The translations under genes and the position numbers were made by a program. Shown one piece after another: positions 9,747 through 20,115 of a DNA stretch of 64,000 bases. The stretch's first letter is position 1; each line of letters starts with the position of its first letter. The DNA is taken from sequence record PV112478.1. One strand, 5' to 3'. The notes beneath the pieces were generated by a model, which was not told the origin of the DNA, did not search any database, and saw nothing but the letters and a program-made list of their open reading frames with translations.

Positions 9747-12191
9747 TTATTCGAAAGGCAATAAAACCGACGTCGGGAAAAACTCATCGAGTAACAGCGG
9801 CTCAGTGAACCCCAAGAGTCTATCTGGCATAACTTGCCACAACTGAACACGCGGGATCTTCCTTACCCATATACCGTCGAGAGTCGTTTCCCCTAAAACA
9901 ATCTCAGGATCACGTTCGATTTTTTTCACCCAGAGACCGTCCAGATTTCGAACGAGAACTTCCGTTTGAAGCAGGTCGTCGGCTTCCGGCGGGTAAACCC
10001 AAAGACCGGGGAGCGCCAATGTTTTAATGATGTCGTCAAGAGGACGGTAATCGACATGGTACAGCCACAACCCATTGAGCTCGGTGTTCTTCACGTCAAT
10101 AGCGATATCTTCTGTCAGACTTCCTTTAAAGCGTACCTCGGCAATCGGGATTCGATGAATCGTTTTGATCGCTGTATCGCAAAGTAATCCGATACCCCAA
10201 TCCAGTCGGTAATAGTAGTTAGCGTAGATCTCTTTAACATTGAGATCAATCGCTTTAAACGGCGGGATCACCGTACTACTTTTTCCTTTCTGTTTTTGAC
10301 CAATGACCTCTACACGCGAAGGCAGCTGAACTTTACCGTACCCCTTACTTTCCACTTTACCGTAACGGACTGCCAGGTTGTCTAAAACGATACCCGGAGC
10401 AGCGATCGTTTTGTGGACGTACTGAACGCCGTAAGAAGAAAGTTGAGTCATGATCCCGATCATTGCGCTGTGAATATCCGAGATACTGATTGTCGACCGA
10501 AGATCTGAACCCGTCGCAATAGTGAATATACTCAGTGCAAAATCTGACCATTCCTGCGGGGTTGACATGGACAATGTCCAGTTCTTTTCTTTAAACCACG
10601 TCGCGTATGTTGTCGGCTGATCGACCAGTGTACAAGGTTCGTCGCAATAGAATTTCCGACAGAGGACTTCCCATTCACCACGTTGGTAAAGATCTTCCAT
10701 TGACGTATACATCATCCGGTGGGCTGACAAGTTCCCTTGTATAGCGACTGCCGTGGAATAAAAGGCTTCCGTAGAGATGATCGTACTTACTGAGGTCGTC
10801 TCTGTCATTGCCACTTGTATCCCGAGTTCTGTCACGTACGTTTTCTGCGTTGCTTTACGCAGCTCTGAGAACGTTGGACTTGGAATACGTTGCGCGAAGA
10901 AAGCGGTCAGTTTAGGAATGTCCGTGAGCGTTATTTCAAACTGCTGCATCACCGCGTAGACCCAAAGTACCAATGCCTCCTTCACTGACATTGACATCGC
11001 TTCCTGCGAAATAGGGTCAGTTAAGATAATATTGGCAGTGTACTTTCCGTGAGAGGCAAGGTAGATCCATTCCGTTAATAACGTATCGGTCAGCTTCCGC
11101 GGCATGGCATCAGACTGGTCGACCATAACCGATTCGAGTACTTTCGTGGGGAGTATGTTGGTGATCGCGTTTTTAACCATATCCGGCACGGTAGATTTTT
11201 GCGTCTCAAGATAATCGGCATTATCTTTTGCAGAGTCGACTTCATTCTCTAACGCGTCTTCGATCGTGATATACTGAATACCGCTGACAGATTCAGCCAA
11301 GGTATTCTGCGGGATCTTAGCCACGGTACCAGTGCTGTAAATCCCTTCGCCGATACTTGACGTATCTTGTTGTAATTCGTACGCGGTGAGCGGGATACGT
11401 CGCTCCGTCAGGATATTCGCGATAAGATCAACAAAGGTACTGGTTTTCCCGGCGTGCGCCTCGATGTATTCAATGTTACGGTACAGATACAGCGCCTGTT
11501 TGAGACTCGTGTAGTCTTTGAATTTATTGAGTCGGCCATGCGACCCCAGATAACACCAAAGATGATAACTGTGCACTTGGGGCGTTCTTACGTACCGATT
11601 TCGGATATTAATAATTTCGCCAGGAAGGTGAGAAAACATTAAACCAAAAAAGGTCGCCGGATATTGCAGTTGTACACGAGCAGGGAGCGGCATGTACCAG
11701 CGGTTGGTAAAATTATTAATCCACTCTTGCAGGTCGCTGATTAAATACACCTCTTGTGACTCAACGTGCTCTGAATCGTAATAGAGGATTTCCCAACTCT
11801 TCGCGCTCAGAATCGTCTCCATGGGAACCGGGTTGAGAATCCCACGTATCAGCGTTTCTTGATTAGGGTAACGGGAGAGCAGATTCTGATAATAACTTGT
11901 CCCGTACGCGTAGGCTTTACGCGTGGCGCGGTGTAATAGTAAGTTATCATATGTGAACTCGATCGTCTCGAGTGTATCTAAAGAAACAACCGTCATTGGG
12001 GTATCGCTGGCATGGTATTGTCCTGCCAGATTCATATAGTACGCCCATGTGCTAGGTGCACTTGGGTCGACGTTATACCCGATAAGTGAAAGGTATTCGT
12101 TACGCATCGTGGCGGCGGCAGGAAATTTAATCGTCAATGTCTGTGCCAATGCCATAACGCTATCTAAATATAACTTCTGCGTGGTATCCAC
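9747..12191 (-). CDS. Large virion structural protein (baseplate-associated)
   Basis: 814 aa, GTG start after GAGGAG; divergent from the portal gene as in phiKZ-like genomes; C-terminal LxGLW repeats. Confidence 0.6.
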   Translation of the reverse strand: MDTTQKLYLDSVMALAQTLTIKFPAAATMRNEYLSLIGYNVDPSAPSTWAYYMNLAGQYHASDTPMTVVSLDTLETIEFTYDNLLLHRATRKAYAYGTSYYQNLLSRYPNQETLIRGILNPVPMETILSAKSWEILYYDSEHVESQEVYLISDLQEWINNFTNRWYMPLPARVQLQYPATFFGLMFSHLPGEIINIRNRYVRTPQVHSYHLWCYLGSHGRLNKFKDYTSLKQALYLYRNIEYIEAHAGKTSTFVDLIANILTERRIPLTAYELQQDTSSIGEGIYSTGTVAKIPQNTLAESVSGIQYITIEDALENEVDSAKDNADYLETQKSTVPDMVKNAITNILPTKVLESVMVDQSDAMPRKLTDTLLTEWIYLASHGKYTANIILTDPISQEAMSMSVKEALVLWVYAVMQQFEITLTDIPKLTAFFAQRIPSPTFSELRKATQKTYVTELGIQVAMTETTSVSTIISTEAFYSTAVAIQGNLSAHRMMYTSMEDLYQRGEWEVLCRKFYCDEPCTLVDQPTTYATWFKEKNWTLSMSTPQEWSDFALSIFTIATGSDLRSTISISDIHSAMIGIMTQLSSYGVQYVHKTIAAPGIVLDNLAVRYGKVESKGYGKVQLPSRVEVIGQKQKGKSSTVIPPFKAIDLNVKEIYANYYYRLDWGIGLLCDTAIKTIHRIPIAEVRFKGSLTEDIAIDVKNTELNGLWLYHVDYRPLDDIIKTLALPGLWVYPPEADDLLQTEVLVRNLDGLWVKKIERDPEIVLGETTLDGIWVRKIPRVQLWQVMPDRLLGFTEPLLLDEFFPTSVLLPFE

Positions 12192-12255
12192 CGAGCAGTC
12201 TCCTCAATAGAACAATCGATTCCCCTTTTCAGAGTGAGAGAAGGATTCTGAATTT

Positions 12256-15054
12256 ATGAATAGTTACGAAAAGAAAACGGTGAATCCTACCGGGATCAAA
12301 GTTTCCAGTCGTCCACAGGATTGGCTCCAACGCACCCCTTCGGCTACGGCAATTATGTCGAAACTGGTTCAGGATGCGGTACATCGTACGACTACACCTG
12401 GAAATGGTGTCGATGTTCCCGACCCAACGATTTTCGACCGTCTCGTCAGTCGTCGCGCCAGAAAGAACCTGGACGCAGAAACAATCATCTCTTTAGCGCC
12501 CGACATTAAATTGATTAAACAGATGATTGTTTCCACTACCCTTTCTCCGGTCGATATGACCCAAGGGGAGTTAGGATTTAAAACTGATGCGTCAGAGATC
12601 CCACCAAGCGTCCTCAATCAAGTCACGGAGGTCATACGGGATCATTTTGAGTCATACTACCCCTTACGCGATAAACTCCCTGAGATCATCGGAGAGGCGT
12701 TATTTGAAACAGGTGCGTGGGTCGGTGTAATTGTCCCGGAAGCTGTTATCGATGACATCATCAACCTTCGCGAAGTCGGTAGTTATCTGGCCACGGAAAG
12801 TTTCAACGAAAAACTGAAAACGCATTTCGTTGACGGAACCTTAAAATCTGTCGGCATCTTAGGTGACCCAGGAATTACCGATCAGGAAATCCGTGATGCG
12901 AATAAAGGTAAAAAGAACATTCGCAGTAGTGCGCCGGCACCGTCTTTAGAAAGCATGTTCTCCATGCCGGTTATGAACCCTAATCAGGTTCGTATTAATG
13001 ACAGTGCCACCATCACCGATAACCTCGGAATTATGGGTTTGAGCCATATCCGTAACCAGATTAATGAAGAGCGTTTGAGAAACAAATACCGCTACGGACG
13101 TAGCGGAGCAGGGATGGAGGCGTACCGGTCAAGAAACGGTCATAACAACGTCTCGACGGTCGCGAGAACGCTTTACAACTCACGGTCTGGTCAAACTAGC
13201 GTTAACCCTGTTAAAGTTATTCCTGCGGCCTCAGAAGCCAGCAGAAGCAGTATCGGTCATCCGCTGGTCATTAAGTGTCCCTCAGAATCGGTGATTCCGT
13301 GTTACCCGAAAGGCGATGAGCGAAACCACATCGGTTACGTCATTGTCCTGGATGAGCTGGGTAACCCGATCAACTTAACCGATGAACTGAACCAGGCAGC
13401 CACTAATGGTCAGATCGGTACAATGGGTGCTCAGCAACAACTGGACATGACCTCCAGTTTAATCCAGCAAACCCGCATTGCGCAGAACGGTATCTGTATG
13501 GATACCGACAAAATGGCGGCGGAAGAACGTATTCGCGTCTATAACCAGGTCTTAGAGGAAAACATCCTCAACCGTATTAAAAACGGTTTGATCGGTCGTA
13601 ACGTGAAGATGGCCTGGAACGAAGATATCATGCGTATCATGATGTTCCGTCAGTTTGCGAACCAACGTACTAACCTCGTCTTTGTCCCTGCTGAACAAGT
13701 CGCGTATTTCGCTTACGACTACGACAGTAACGGGATGGGGAAATCGTTGCTTGATGACATCAAACAGGTCTCTGCACTGCGAGCCATGACCACTTTCGCT
13801 AACTTTATGGCGGGCGTGAAGAATGCGGTAGGGAGAACCAAAGTAACGATGAACATCGACCCGCGTACACCTGACCCCGAGAAAGCTTATGCGATCTTGA
13901 TTGATGAGTATCAACGAATGACCAGCACCGTTACTCCTACGGATGTCAGTTCTTCGGCGGAAATGTTCCGCGTACTCAGAATGATGGGGACGACGATTGA
14001 GGTACAGGGTAACCCACGTATCCCGAATACCACTGTGGACATTAATGAGTACCAATCTCAGAAACAGATCATTGACGAGAACTTTACCAATGATCTTCGT
14101 CGTCAACAGTATATGGGTCTCTTTGTTACACCGGCGATGGTGGACATGACTGACGAGGCAGACTTTGCTATCACCCGTTGGACGTCTAACCAGCTCTACG
14201 CTAAACGTATCATGATGATTCAAGACGACACCTGTAAGCATGGGAAGAAGCTCGTCAGATCATACGTGAACTCGGATGGTGTTTTAATCGGGCGTATTCA
14301 GAAGATCTTTGCCGAGAACAATGATAAGCTCCCTGAAGAATATCGTCTCGATAAAGAAAGTCAAATCCCGGAAGATTTAAAATACCTCGATGCGATCGAC
14401 GCTTATTTTGACGCATTCTACCTTGAGTTACCTCGTCCGGAAAATAACCGGATTGAGAAACAAAAAGAAGAATTCGACAAAGTGAAAGATATGATTGATG
14501 ACATTGTCGACTGTTACATCTCAAGCGAACTTCTGGGGGCATTTGCACCGGAAGATCAATCTAAGATCGATATGCTCAGGGCACACATGACAGCGTACCT
14601 GAAACGCGACTGGTTACAGAGTCAAGGCTTCGATATGGGCTTTGTGAAGATCCTGTCGCCGGTCACGGAAGAAGATCCATCGCTGGATATGATCAAAGTC
14701 TTTACTACCGACATTGTCAATATGCTGCATAACTTTGGCGATTTCAGCTCGGCATTGGCGGCCACCCGTGACGCGTTACTGAAACGGATGGAAGTAGAGA
14801 ACCCGAAACAGCATGAGATCCTTACAGCCAATAATGACGCTGGCGGCGGTTGGGACAATGACAGTTCCGGAAATGATTGGGACAACAACGATTCCGGTGG
14901 TGGTGACGCCTTTGGTGGTGGCGACTTCGGTTCCTTCGAAGATACCGAGGAAGATCCTTTCGCCACGGACGAGTTAGAAGGAGGAGGAGAAACTTCCACT
15001 GAAGAGGAAGCAGATCCTTTCGCTACACCAGAAGAAACAAACGGACCTGAATAA
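12256..15054 (+). CDS. Portal protein
   Basis: 932 aa with size and synteny of phiKZ-like portals (downstream of the MCP/nvRNAP block on the opposite strand); helical core; acidic low-complexity C-terminus. Confidence 0.7.
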   Translation: MNSYEKKTVNPTGIKVSSRPQDWLQRTPSATAIMSKLVQDAVHRTTTPGNGVDVPDPTIFDRLVSRRARKNLDAETIISLAPDIKLIKQMIVSTTLSPVDMTQGELGFKTDASEIPPSVLNQVTEVIRDHFESYYPLRDKLPEIIGEALFETGAWVGVIVPEAVIDDIINLREVGSYLATESFNEKLKTHFVDGTLKSVGILGDPGITDQEIRDANKGKKNIRSSAPAPSLESMFSMPVMNPNQVRINDSATITDNLGIMGLSHIRNQINEERLRNKYRYGRSGAGMEAYRSRNGHNNVSTVARTLYNSRSGQTSVNPVKVIPAASEASRSSIGHPLVIKCPSESVIPCYPKGDERNHIGYVIVLDELGNPINLTDELNQAATNGQIGTMGAQQQLDMTSSLIQQTRIAQNGICMDTDKMAAEERIRVYNQVLEENILNRIKNGLIGRNVKMAWNEDIMRIMMFRQFANQRTNLVFVPAEQVAYFAYDYDSNGMGKSLLDDIKQVSALRAMTTFANFMAGVKNAVGRTKVTMNIDPRTPDPEKAYAILIDEYQRMTSTVTPTDVSSSAEMFRVLRMMGTTIEVQGNPRIPNTTVDINEYQSQKQIIDENFTNDLRRQQYMGLFVTPAMVDMTDEADFAITRWTSNQLYAKRIMMIQDDTCKHGKKLVRSYVNSDGVLIGRIQKIFAENNDKLPEEYRLDKESQIPEDLKYLDAIDAYFDAFYLELPRPENNRIEKQKEEFDKVKDMIDDIVDCYISSELLGAFAPEDQSKIDMLRAHMTAYLKRDWLQSQGFDMGFVKILSPVTEEDPSLDMIKVFTTDIVNMLHNFGDFSSALAATRDALLKRMEVENPKQHEILTANNDAGGGWDNDSSGNDWDNNDSGGGDAFGGGDFGSFEDTEEDPFATDELEGGGETSTEEEADPFATPEETNGPE

Positions 15055-15059
15055 AAAAA

Positions 15060-15115
15060 AAGAGGGCACAAACCCTCTTCCCTCCCACAGAGAGCGAAAG
15101 CTCTCTGTGGGAGGG
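15060..15115. terminator. Double hairpin at a convergent junction
   Basis: AAGAGGG-cacaaa-CCCTCTT plus a perfect 16-bp stem CCCTCCCACAGAGAGC-gaaa-GCTCTCTGTGGGAGGG. Confidence 0.8.
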
Positions 15116-15125
15116 TTATTACCGA

Positions 15126-17345
15126 TTAGTCTTGACGACGCAGAGCCAGTACAAAGCTATCGGATTTAGCATCCTGATAATCTTTGCGGACTTCTAACCA
15201 GCTGTTATCGGCGAACCAGATATAGTTCAGGCACGCGATATCGCTACCGGCATTAAAGTTCATGGCTTTCAGCGCGTTATGCAGTTTAGGTGAGGTTTCT
15301 TGGGACACGAAGAAGATTTCACCCGGCTGAGCATCAGCACTGATTCTCAGTTTCAGGTCGTTAACCAGCATCGGGGCGATAACCATATTGATACGTTTTA
15401 CCACATAGATGGTACGCGCATCAGTGGTTTCGTTGACACCGGCACCGATAATCCCTGAACCCAATTTAAACATCTGGAAGTTAGCCAGGTGGAACGAGAA
15501 CGCGCCAGCCAGTTTCTTCGCAAACTCAGCGCCACGTGCTTTAGTGACGTCATCCGCCAACGTCGCCAGATCTTCAAAGTTTTCAATGCGCAGACCGCAA
15601 CCCATTTCCAGACGGAAGATTGAGTTCACCAGTTCGACGATATGACGTTTCGCAGCCACTACCAGCGCAACAGGAACGCGGTCGATGACACGCTTCAGGT
15701 TATCGTGGATATCCTGAATATAGCTCAGTTCAATATTGTCATTGAAGTTGAGGCCCGTCATCTCCAGTTGACGCAGCGTGAACCGTGCTTCTTCCGGCGT
15801 AGCGCAAGTGTAAATCGGCTCGTAGGATTCCGCGGCGGTTTGGAACGCATTGAAGTTGGTGTGCAGGTGACCGTTCTGATCGTTGGTCATTTCTTCGGTA
15901 CGAGACATTTCCTGCATACGGATATGACCCAGACCGAACCCCTTCACCGTTTCATCTGAACGGAGAATATTCTCGAACGAGATTGTTCCCGCGTTCGGGG
16001 CTTCAGGAACCACCTTCTGTTCTTCCGGCGGCAGTGCGCTGTTTTCTTCCTTGATACTGGCAACCACGGCTTCGTACTCCTGACGGTCCTGGTCACGAAG
16101 TTCGCGGTTAGCTTTCACGTTAAAACGTGGGCCGGCGATCGCTTTACGGATCTCGGCGTTTTTCGGGTGATAACGATTATCGGCTTCTTTTGCGCCGATG
16201 ACGTTCAGTTCGTGAATTTTACGATCCACTTCTTTTACCTCTTCAGCGGTTAACGGTTCAAACGCCATGTAACGATAACCGTCACTGGTGATGTCCCATA
16301 CAGGGCGAACAGAGTCCACTTCCCATGCGATTGGGCGGTGGTTATTCGCTTCGTTCGGATGGAGCGGGATAGACATGACCACTTCGTAATCGTCTAATTT
16401 GATCAGACCCGATTCAATGTCTTCACGGGTAATAGGACGATTCGCTAAGCGGTTACCTTTTGATGAGTAACCCGGTGCAGGTTCAGCCGGCGCGGCTTTC
16501 TTTTTACTGAATGAAGCGGGGCGAGTGACTTCATGCGGTTCTACTCGCTCGTACGCCGGCGCGGCGTTCGCAGTGCGTGGGTCTGGCATTTCGAAATCGT
16601 CACGTTCGTCACGATTCACTTCATTCCCGTTTGCTTGTTCGCGCATACGGGCGGTGGCGACATACGGGTTAACACGACGGCGATTGTTACGGGCAGCATT
16701 AATATCTACCGCAGGTTCCCGACGAGAGTCGGCACGACCACGAGTAGGGATAGCGCTTTCGTAACGACCTGGACGAGAACCGAAACCACCGGAACTCCGT
16801 CCACGATCATCACGATCTTCGTAACGACCTCTGCGTTCATCACGACCACGGCCTTCATAACGCCCACGACGCTCTTCTTCGCGTCCACGCCCGAAGCCGC
16901 CACTGCTACGACCAAAACCACCACGACGGTCGTCGCGTCCACGGTCACCAAAGCGACGACCACGATCAGCTTCTTCCGCATACTCTTCCAGTGCACGACG
17001 CAGTTTATTAGCATTGTCAGCCAAAAACAGCATGTCGTCTTCTGTACGGCGATCGGGGATATCGACACTACGGTCTTCTTTGATCAGTGCCCCGGCAAAG
17101 AATGAGGCGAGTTCAATTGCTCCTTCCCAAAGGTCATCTGGTTCTTTACGGAGGTCAACTAACATTTCCATGGAGTCGAAAACGAAGTTGATTAAGTTTT
17201 CACGGGTCTGACGACTGCGACGAATCGCATCGTCAAGGTATTCGAAGAACGGATCGTCACGGGACAGTTCGCTGATGCGTTCATCCAGGAAAGCAGCCAG
17301 GTTGCGATCGTTAAAATCCATCTCATTACGACGACGGTTATACAT
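15126..17345 (-). CDS. Hypothetical protein with RG/RGG-rich disordered region
   Basis: 739 aa, AGGAG SD; residues ~128-205 are R/G/D/E low complexity; immediately downstream of the nvRNAP subunit gene. Confidence 0.7.
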   Translation of the reverse strand: MYNRRRNEMDFNDRNLAAFLDERISELSRDDPFFEYLDDAIRRSRQTRENLINFVFDSMEMLVDLRKEPDDLWEGAIELASFFAGALIKEDRSVDIPDRRTEDDMLFLADNANKLRRALEEYAEEADRGRRFGDRGRDDRRGGFGRSSGGFGRGREEERRGRYEGRGRDERRGRYEDRDDRGRSSGGFGSRPGRYESAIPTRGRADSRREPAVDINAARNNRRRVNPYVATARMREQANGNEVNRDERDDFEMPDPRTANAAPAYERVEPHEVTRPASFSKKKAAPAEPAPGYSSKGNRLANRPITREDIESGLIKLDDYEVVMSIPLHPNEANNHRPIAWEVDSVRPVWDITSDGYRYMAFEPLTAEEVKEVDRKIHELNVIGAKEADNRYHPKNAEIRKAIAGPRFNVKANRELRDQDRQEYEAVVASIKEENSALPPEEQKVVPEAPNAGTISFENILRSDETVKGFGLGHIRMQEMSRTEEMTNDQNGHLHTNFNAFQTAAESYEPIYTCATPEEARFTLRQLEMTGLNFNDNIELSYIQDIHDNLKRVIDRVPVALVVAAKRHIVELVNSIFRLEMGCGLRIENFEDLATLADDVTKARGAEFAKKLAGAFSFHLANFQMFKLGSGIIGAGVNETTDARTIYVVKRINMVIAPMLVNDLKLRISADAQPGEIFFVSQETSPKLHNALKAMNFNAGSDIACLNYIWFADNSWLEVRKDYQDAKSDSFVLALRRQD

Positions 17346-17387
17346 GTAGAATTACTCCTGCGAGATTAGTTAATTATTTAAAATGGT

Positions 17388-19004
17388 TCATTCGGTAATT
17401 TCCCGCTGTACCATATCGAGGAGTTCAATGTTTTTCGGATTACGAATAAATTTCCCAGCGTCGTCGGTGTGGGCGTAAACGTTTAGACGTCCACGGCCGT
17501 CGGGGATACCTTTCGCAAAGTTGCACACTGAACCACATTCCATGATACTTGAATGCAGGTGGTAAGCCGTTTCGTTAGGTTTGAAACTTTTTGTCTTACC
17601 TTTACCGATAACAGCATTGACTTGACGGATAGCGATACACGTGTGTTTGAAAATCATGTTATCGCCCGGGTACTGAACAGAGTTAAGTTCGCCGTGTCCC
17701 CGTTGGATACCGAGGAATGCGTTAGTGGTTAGGAAACTAGACAGCTTCCATGTTAACCGCTTCAGTCGCAGCGTTTTCTGTTCTTTTTCTAACTGCCAGG
17801 TAAAGTTAAAGATACTCTCCGTGATGCCCGATAACGCATACCGTTTCACCAGGAGATATTTCCCCCACATGTTACCCGAATTATCGTCTTTCAGTCGATC
17901 CTGGATTGTTTCAAGGATATGGATAAACAACTCGTAAAGGTCATTGGCCATGATCCCTTCTTGACGAAGATTTTTCTTCGTCTCGCCATCGACGTAAGAG
18001 TCGAGCGACTTAAGATGGAGATCAACCTTGTTGAGCAGTTTCCCTTCGTTCTCGTTCCCCTGATGCAGAATAAAACCCATGATAATGCGCCACGTGTCTG
18101 GCATATCGATGTACTGCAAATTGAAGCGTTGCGGGTAACGATCGACGACGTAGAAGAAATGCGTCGCCAGTAACTGAACACCTATGTTGTTCAACACCGC
18201 TTCACGCGGAATGATCAACGCCAGGTTCGTGGGTTTCCAATCGCTGATTGCGCGGCGGCGTTCCGGCGGCGGTAACCCTTGCGTGGTAAAGATCACGTAG
18301 TCTTGCTCTGGGTAATCCTCACGTAAGTTGTGACGGTTCTCTTCGATCACGACGTCAATGTCGTAGAAACGTTTAAAGGTTTCCGTTACGCCATACTTAC
18401 AGAACAGGTAATGACCTAGCGTCGAGTTAAACGACGATTTCTTCCCTTCGTTCCCTGTTTTACCTTGATAGATATTTCCGTAGACTACAAAGGACGGGAT
18501 TGATTCGCCGTCTTGTAGGACACTGTAAATACTCCGTTTCAAAGTGAACTTCGCTCGGAAGAGGATCGTGAACAAATCATTCCCGGCTACCGAGAAAACC
18601 AAATCCGCCAGGATCGGATGAATTGTTGCACGTGAGCCGCCTAACCATAACGTCCCTGCTTCCCTGACAAACGGAATATTGATGTTCCGTGGTAGGATGT
18701 GGATTTTCTGAAAACGCAGTTTCATTTCCGACATCACCGCGTCAGTTTGCGCAATATCAACTTCCCCGCGACGTTCCGCCTTTTCATTCCCTTTAATGAT
18801 CGCCTGAGACTCTTCGTAGGGCGTCAGTCTACGCATCCCCAGGTATTCGACATCGGGAGGAAAGTCCTGTGCCGCACAATGCGCAATTCGATCGATATAC
18901 TGTTCGGCATCCTCTAAATCCTTAACAGCAAATCCACCGGCAATGTCTTTGTTGAACTTGGGTAACGGTTCAACAATGTCATTAAACAATGCTATATCAG
19001 CCAC
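17388..19004 (-). CDS. Non-virion RNA polymerase beta subunit, N-terminal fragment (phiKZ gp123-like)
   Basis: 538 aa, GTG start after AAGGA; beta-like segments (IPFVREAGTLWLGG, KGIPDGRGRLN); position next to MCP matches phiKZ synteny. Confidence 0.7.
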   Translation of the reverse strand: MADIALFNDIVEPLPKFNKDIAGGFAVKDLEDAEQYIDRIAHCAAQDFPPDVEYLGMRRLTPYEESQAIIKGNEKAERRGEVDIAQTDAVMSEMKLRFQKIHILPRNINIPFVREAGTLWLGGSRATIHPILADLVFSVAGNDLFTILFRAKFTLKRSIYSVLQDGESIPSFVVYGNIYQGKTGNEGKKSSFNSTLGHYLFCKYGVTETFKRFYDIDVVIEENRHNLREDYPEQDYVIFTTQGLPPPERRRAISDWKPTNLALIIPREAVLNNIGVQLLATHFFYVVDRYPQRFNLQYIDMPDTWRIIMGFILHQGNENEGKLLNKVDLHLKSLDSYVDGETKKNLRQEGIMANDLYELFIHILETIQDRLKDDNSGNMWGKYLLVKRYALSGITESIFNFTWQLEKEQKTLRLKRLTWKLSSFLTTNAFLGIQRGHGELNSVQYPGDNMIFKHTCIAIRQVNAVIGKGKTKSFKPNETAYHLHSSIMECGSVCNFAKGIPDGRGRLNVYAHTDDAGKFIRNPKNIELLDMVQREITE

Positions 19005-19027
19005 ACATGCATCCTTATTTCAATCAA

Positions 19028-20026
19028 CTATAACACAACCGCGGCCGCGGTCGCACCCAACACCGCCTTCTTCGTCAAGAAAGACAGTAACCATTTTCCG
19101 GCTTTCATCATAGTCGGTAGAATGGATTTAATAAATTCTCCGCCGGCTTTAATCCAGGCTGAGACCACTTTCGCTTTCTTCTCTTTATCTTCGCTTTGCT
19201 TCCCTTCCTTTAACGACGCCTTTTCCATCTCAAGTTCTTTCAAAGCTGCTTCTCGGGACGTATGGAACTTAATCCCTAACGGATTGTTTCCCGATATCGC
19301 ATCTTCGAAAGAAAAGAAGCTTTTGGTCGCTAATAAGCGAAGTCCCTCCTTAATTTTGCCGTAGTTTTGAACAGTGACGCCATCGGGCTCGTTAGACGCA
19401 CGAGAGATATTGACTTTCAATACCTGGTTACCGATGGTGTAATAAAGCCCTTCGACAAATCGTTCTTTGTCGACAGCACTCACGACAATACCTGACACCT
19501 TACTGATTTTACACCCGATATCATCCTGGACAATATCGTGAATGGTTTCTTCACGATCAACCAATGACGCTTTAGAAATCCGCATCCCTAAACCCGGGAC
19601 GCTAATCTCCGACCCTAACGTATCGAAATCGCTTTCGTCTATCAAGAACACCATACGGTATTTGTAATGGTTTCTCGAGCAACGTAGGTCCTCGTCAAAG
19701 TGCACCATGCAGTTACCTTTGACAGCATCATAAAGGCCGAAGCTCGCCTCAGCATAATTATTCTTCGGGTCGTCAATATTGACCGTATCAGTGCAATAGA
19801 GTACGGTAAGGTGGATGATCAAATACCCACGTAACTTTGCCGTTCCGTGAGAAAATACAACATTGTCAGTCCCATCGGATTTCTGTACAGCAAGATCATA
19901 CCGATAGTTGTTAGTGATCTCCATGGTAACGGATAAATCACAATTCCCTGTACGGTAATCATTTGCCATCACTAGAAACTCATGGGGCATCTTTTCTTTT
20001 CGAGGATTATCTCTCTTATAGACCAT
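19028..20026 (-). CDS. Hypothetical protein with basic/amphipathic C-terminus
   Basis: 332 aa ORF between MCP and nvRNAP beta; ends WIKAGGEFIKSILPTMMKAGKWLLSFLTKKAVLGATAAAVVL. Confidence 0.65.
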   Translation of the reverse strand: MVYKRDNPRKEKMPHEFLVMANDYRTGNCDLSVTMEITNNYRYDLAVQKSDGTDNVVFSHGTAKLRGYLIIHLTVLYCTDTVNIDDPKNNYAEASFGLYDAVKGNCMVHFDEDLRCSRNHYKYRMVFLIDESDFDTLGSEISVPGLGMRISKASLVDREETIHDIVQDDIGCKISKVSGIVVSAVDKERFVEGLYYTIGNQVLKVNISRASNEPDGVTVQNYGKIKEGLRLLATKSFFSFEDAISGNNPLGIKFHTSREAALKELEMEKASLKEGKQSEDKEKKAKVVSAWIKAGGEFIKSILPTMMKAGKWLLSFLTKKAVLGATAAAVVL

Positions 20027-20115
20027 CCGTACTTCCTGTTAGTGAATTGAAATGGAACTTTCGTTCCGGCCAGTTTGGATCTTTCTCAAGGATCCTTCTA
20101 TACACTCTCAATAAG

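Noticed and set aside
13552-14241. 229-aa antisense ORF in the portal gene, and similar shadow ORFs (16533..17105, 37905..38783)
   Set aside because: Shadow frames of long or low-complexity genes; their composition mirrors the sense strand.
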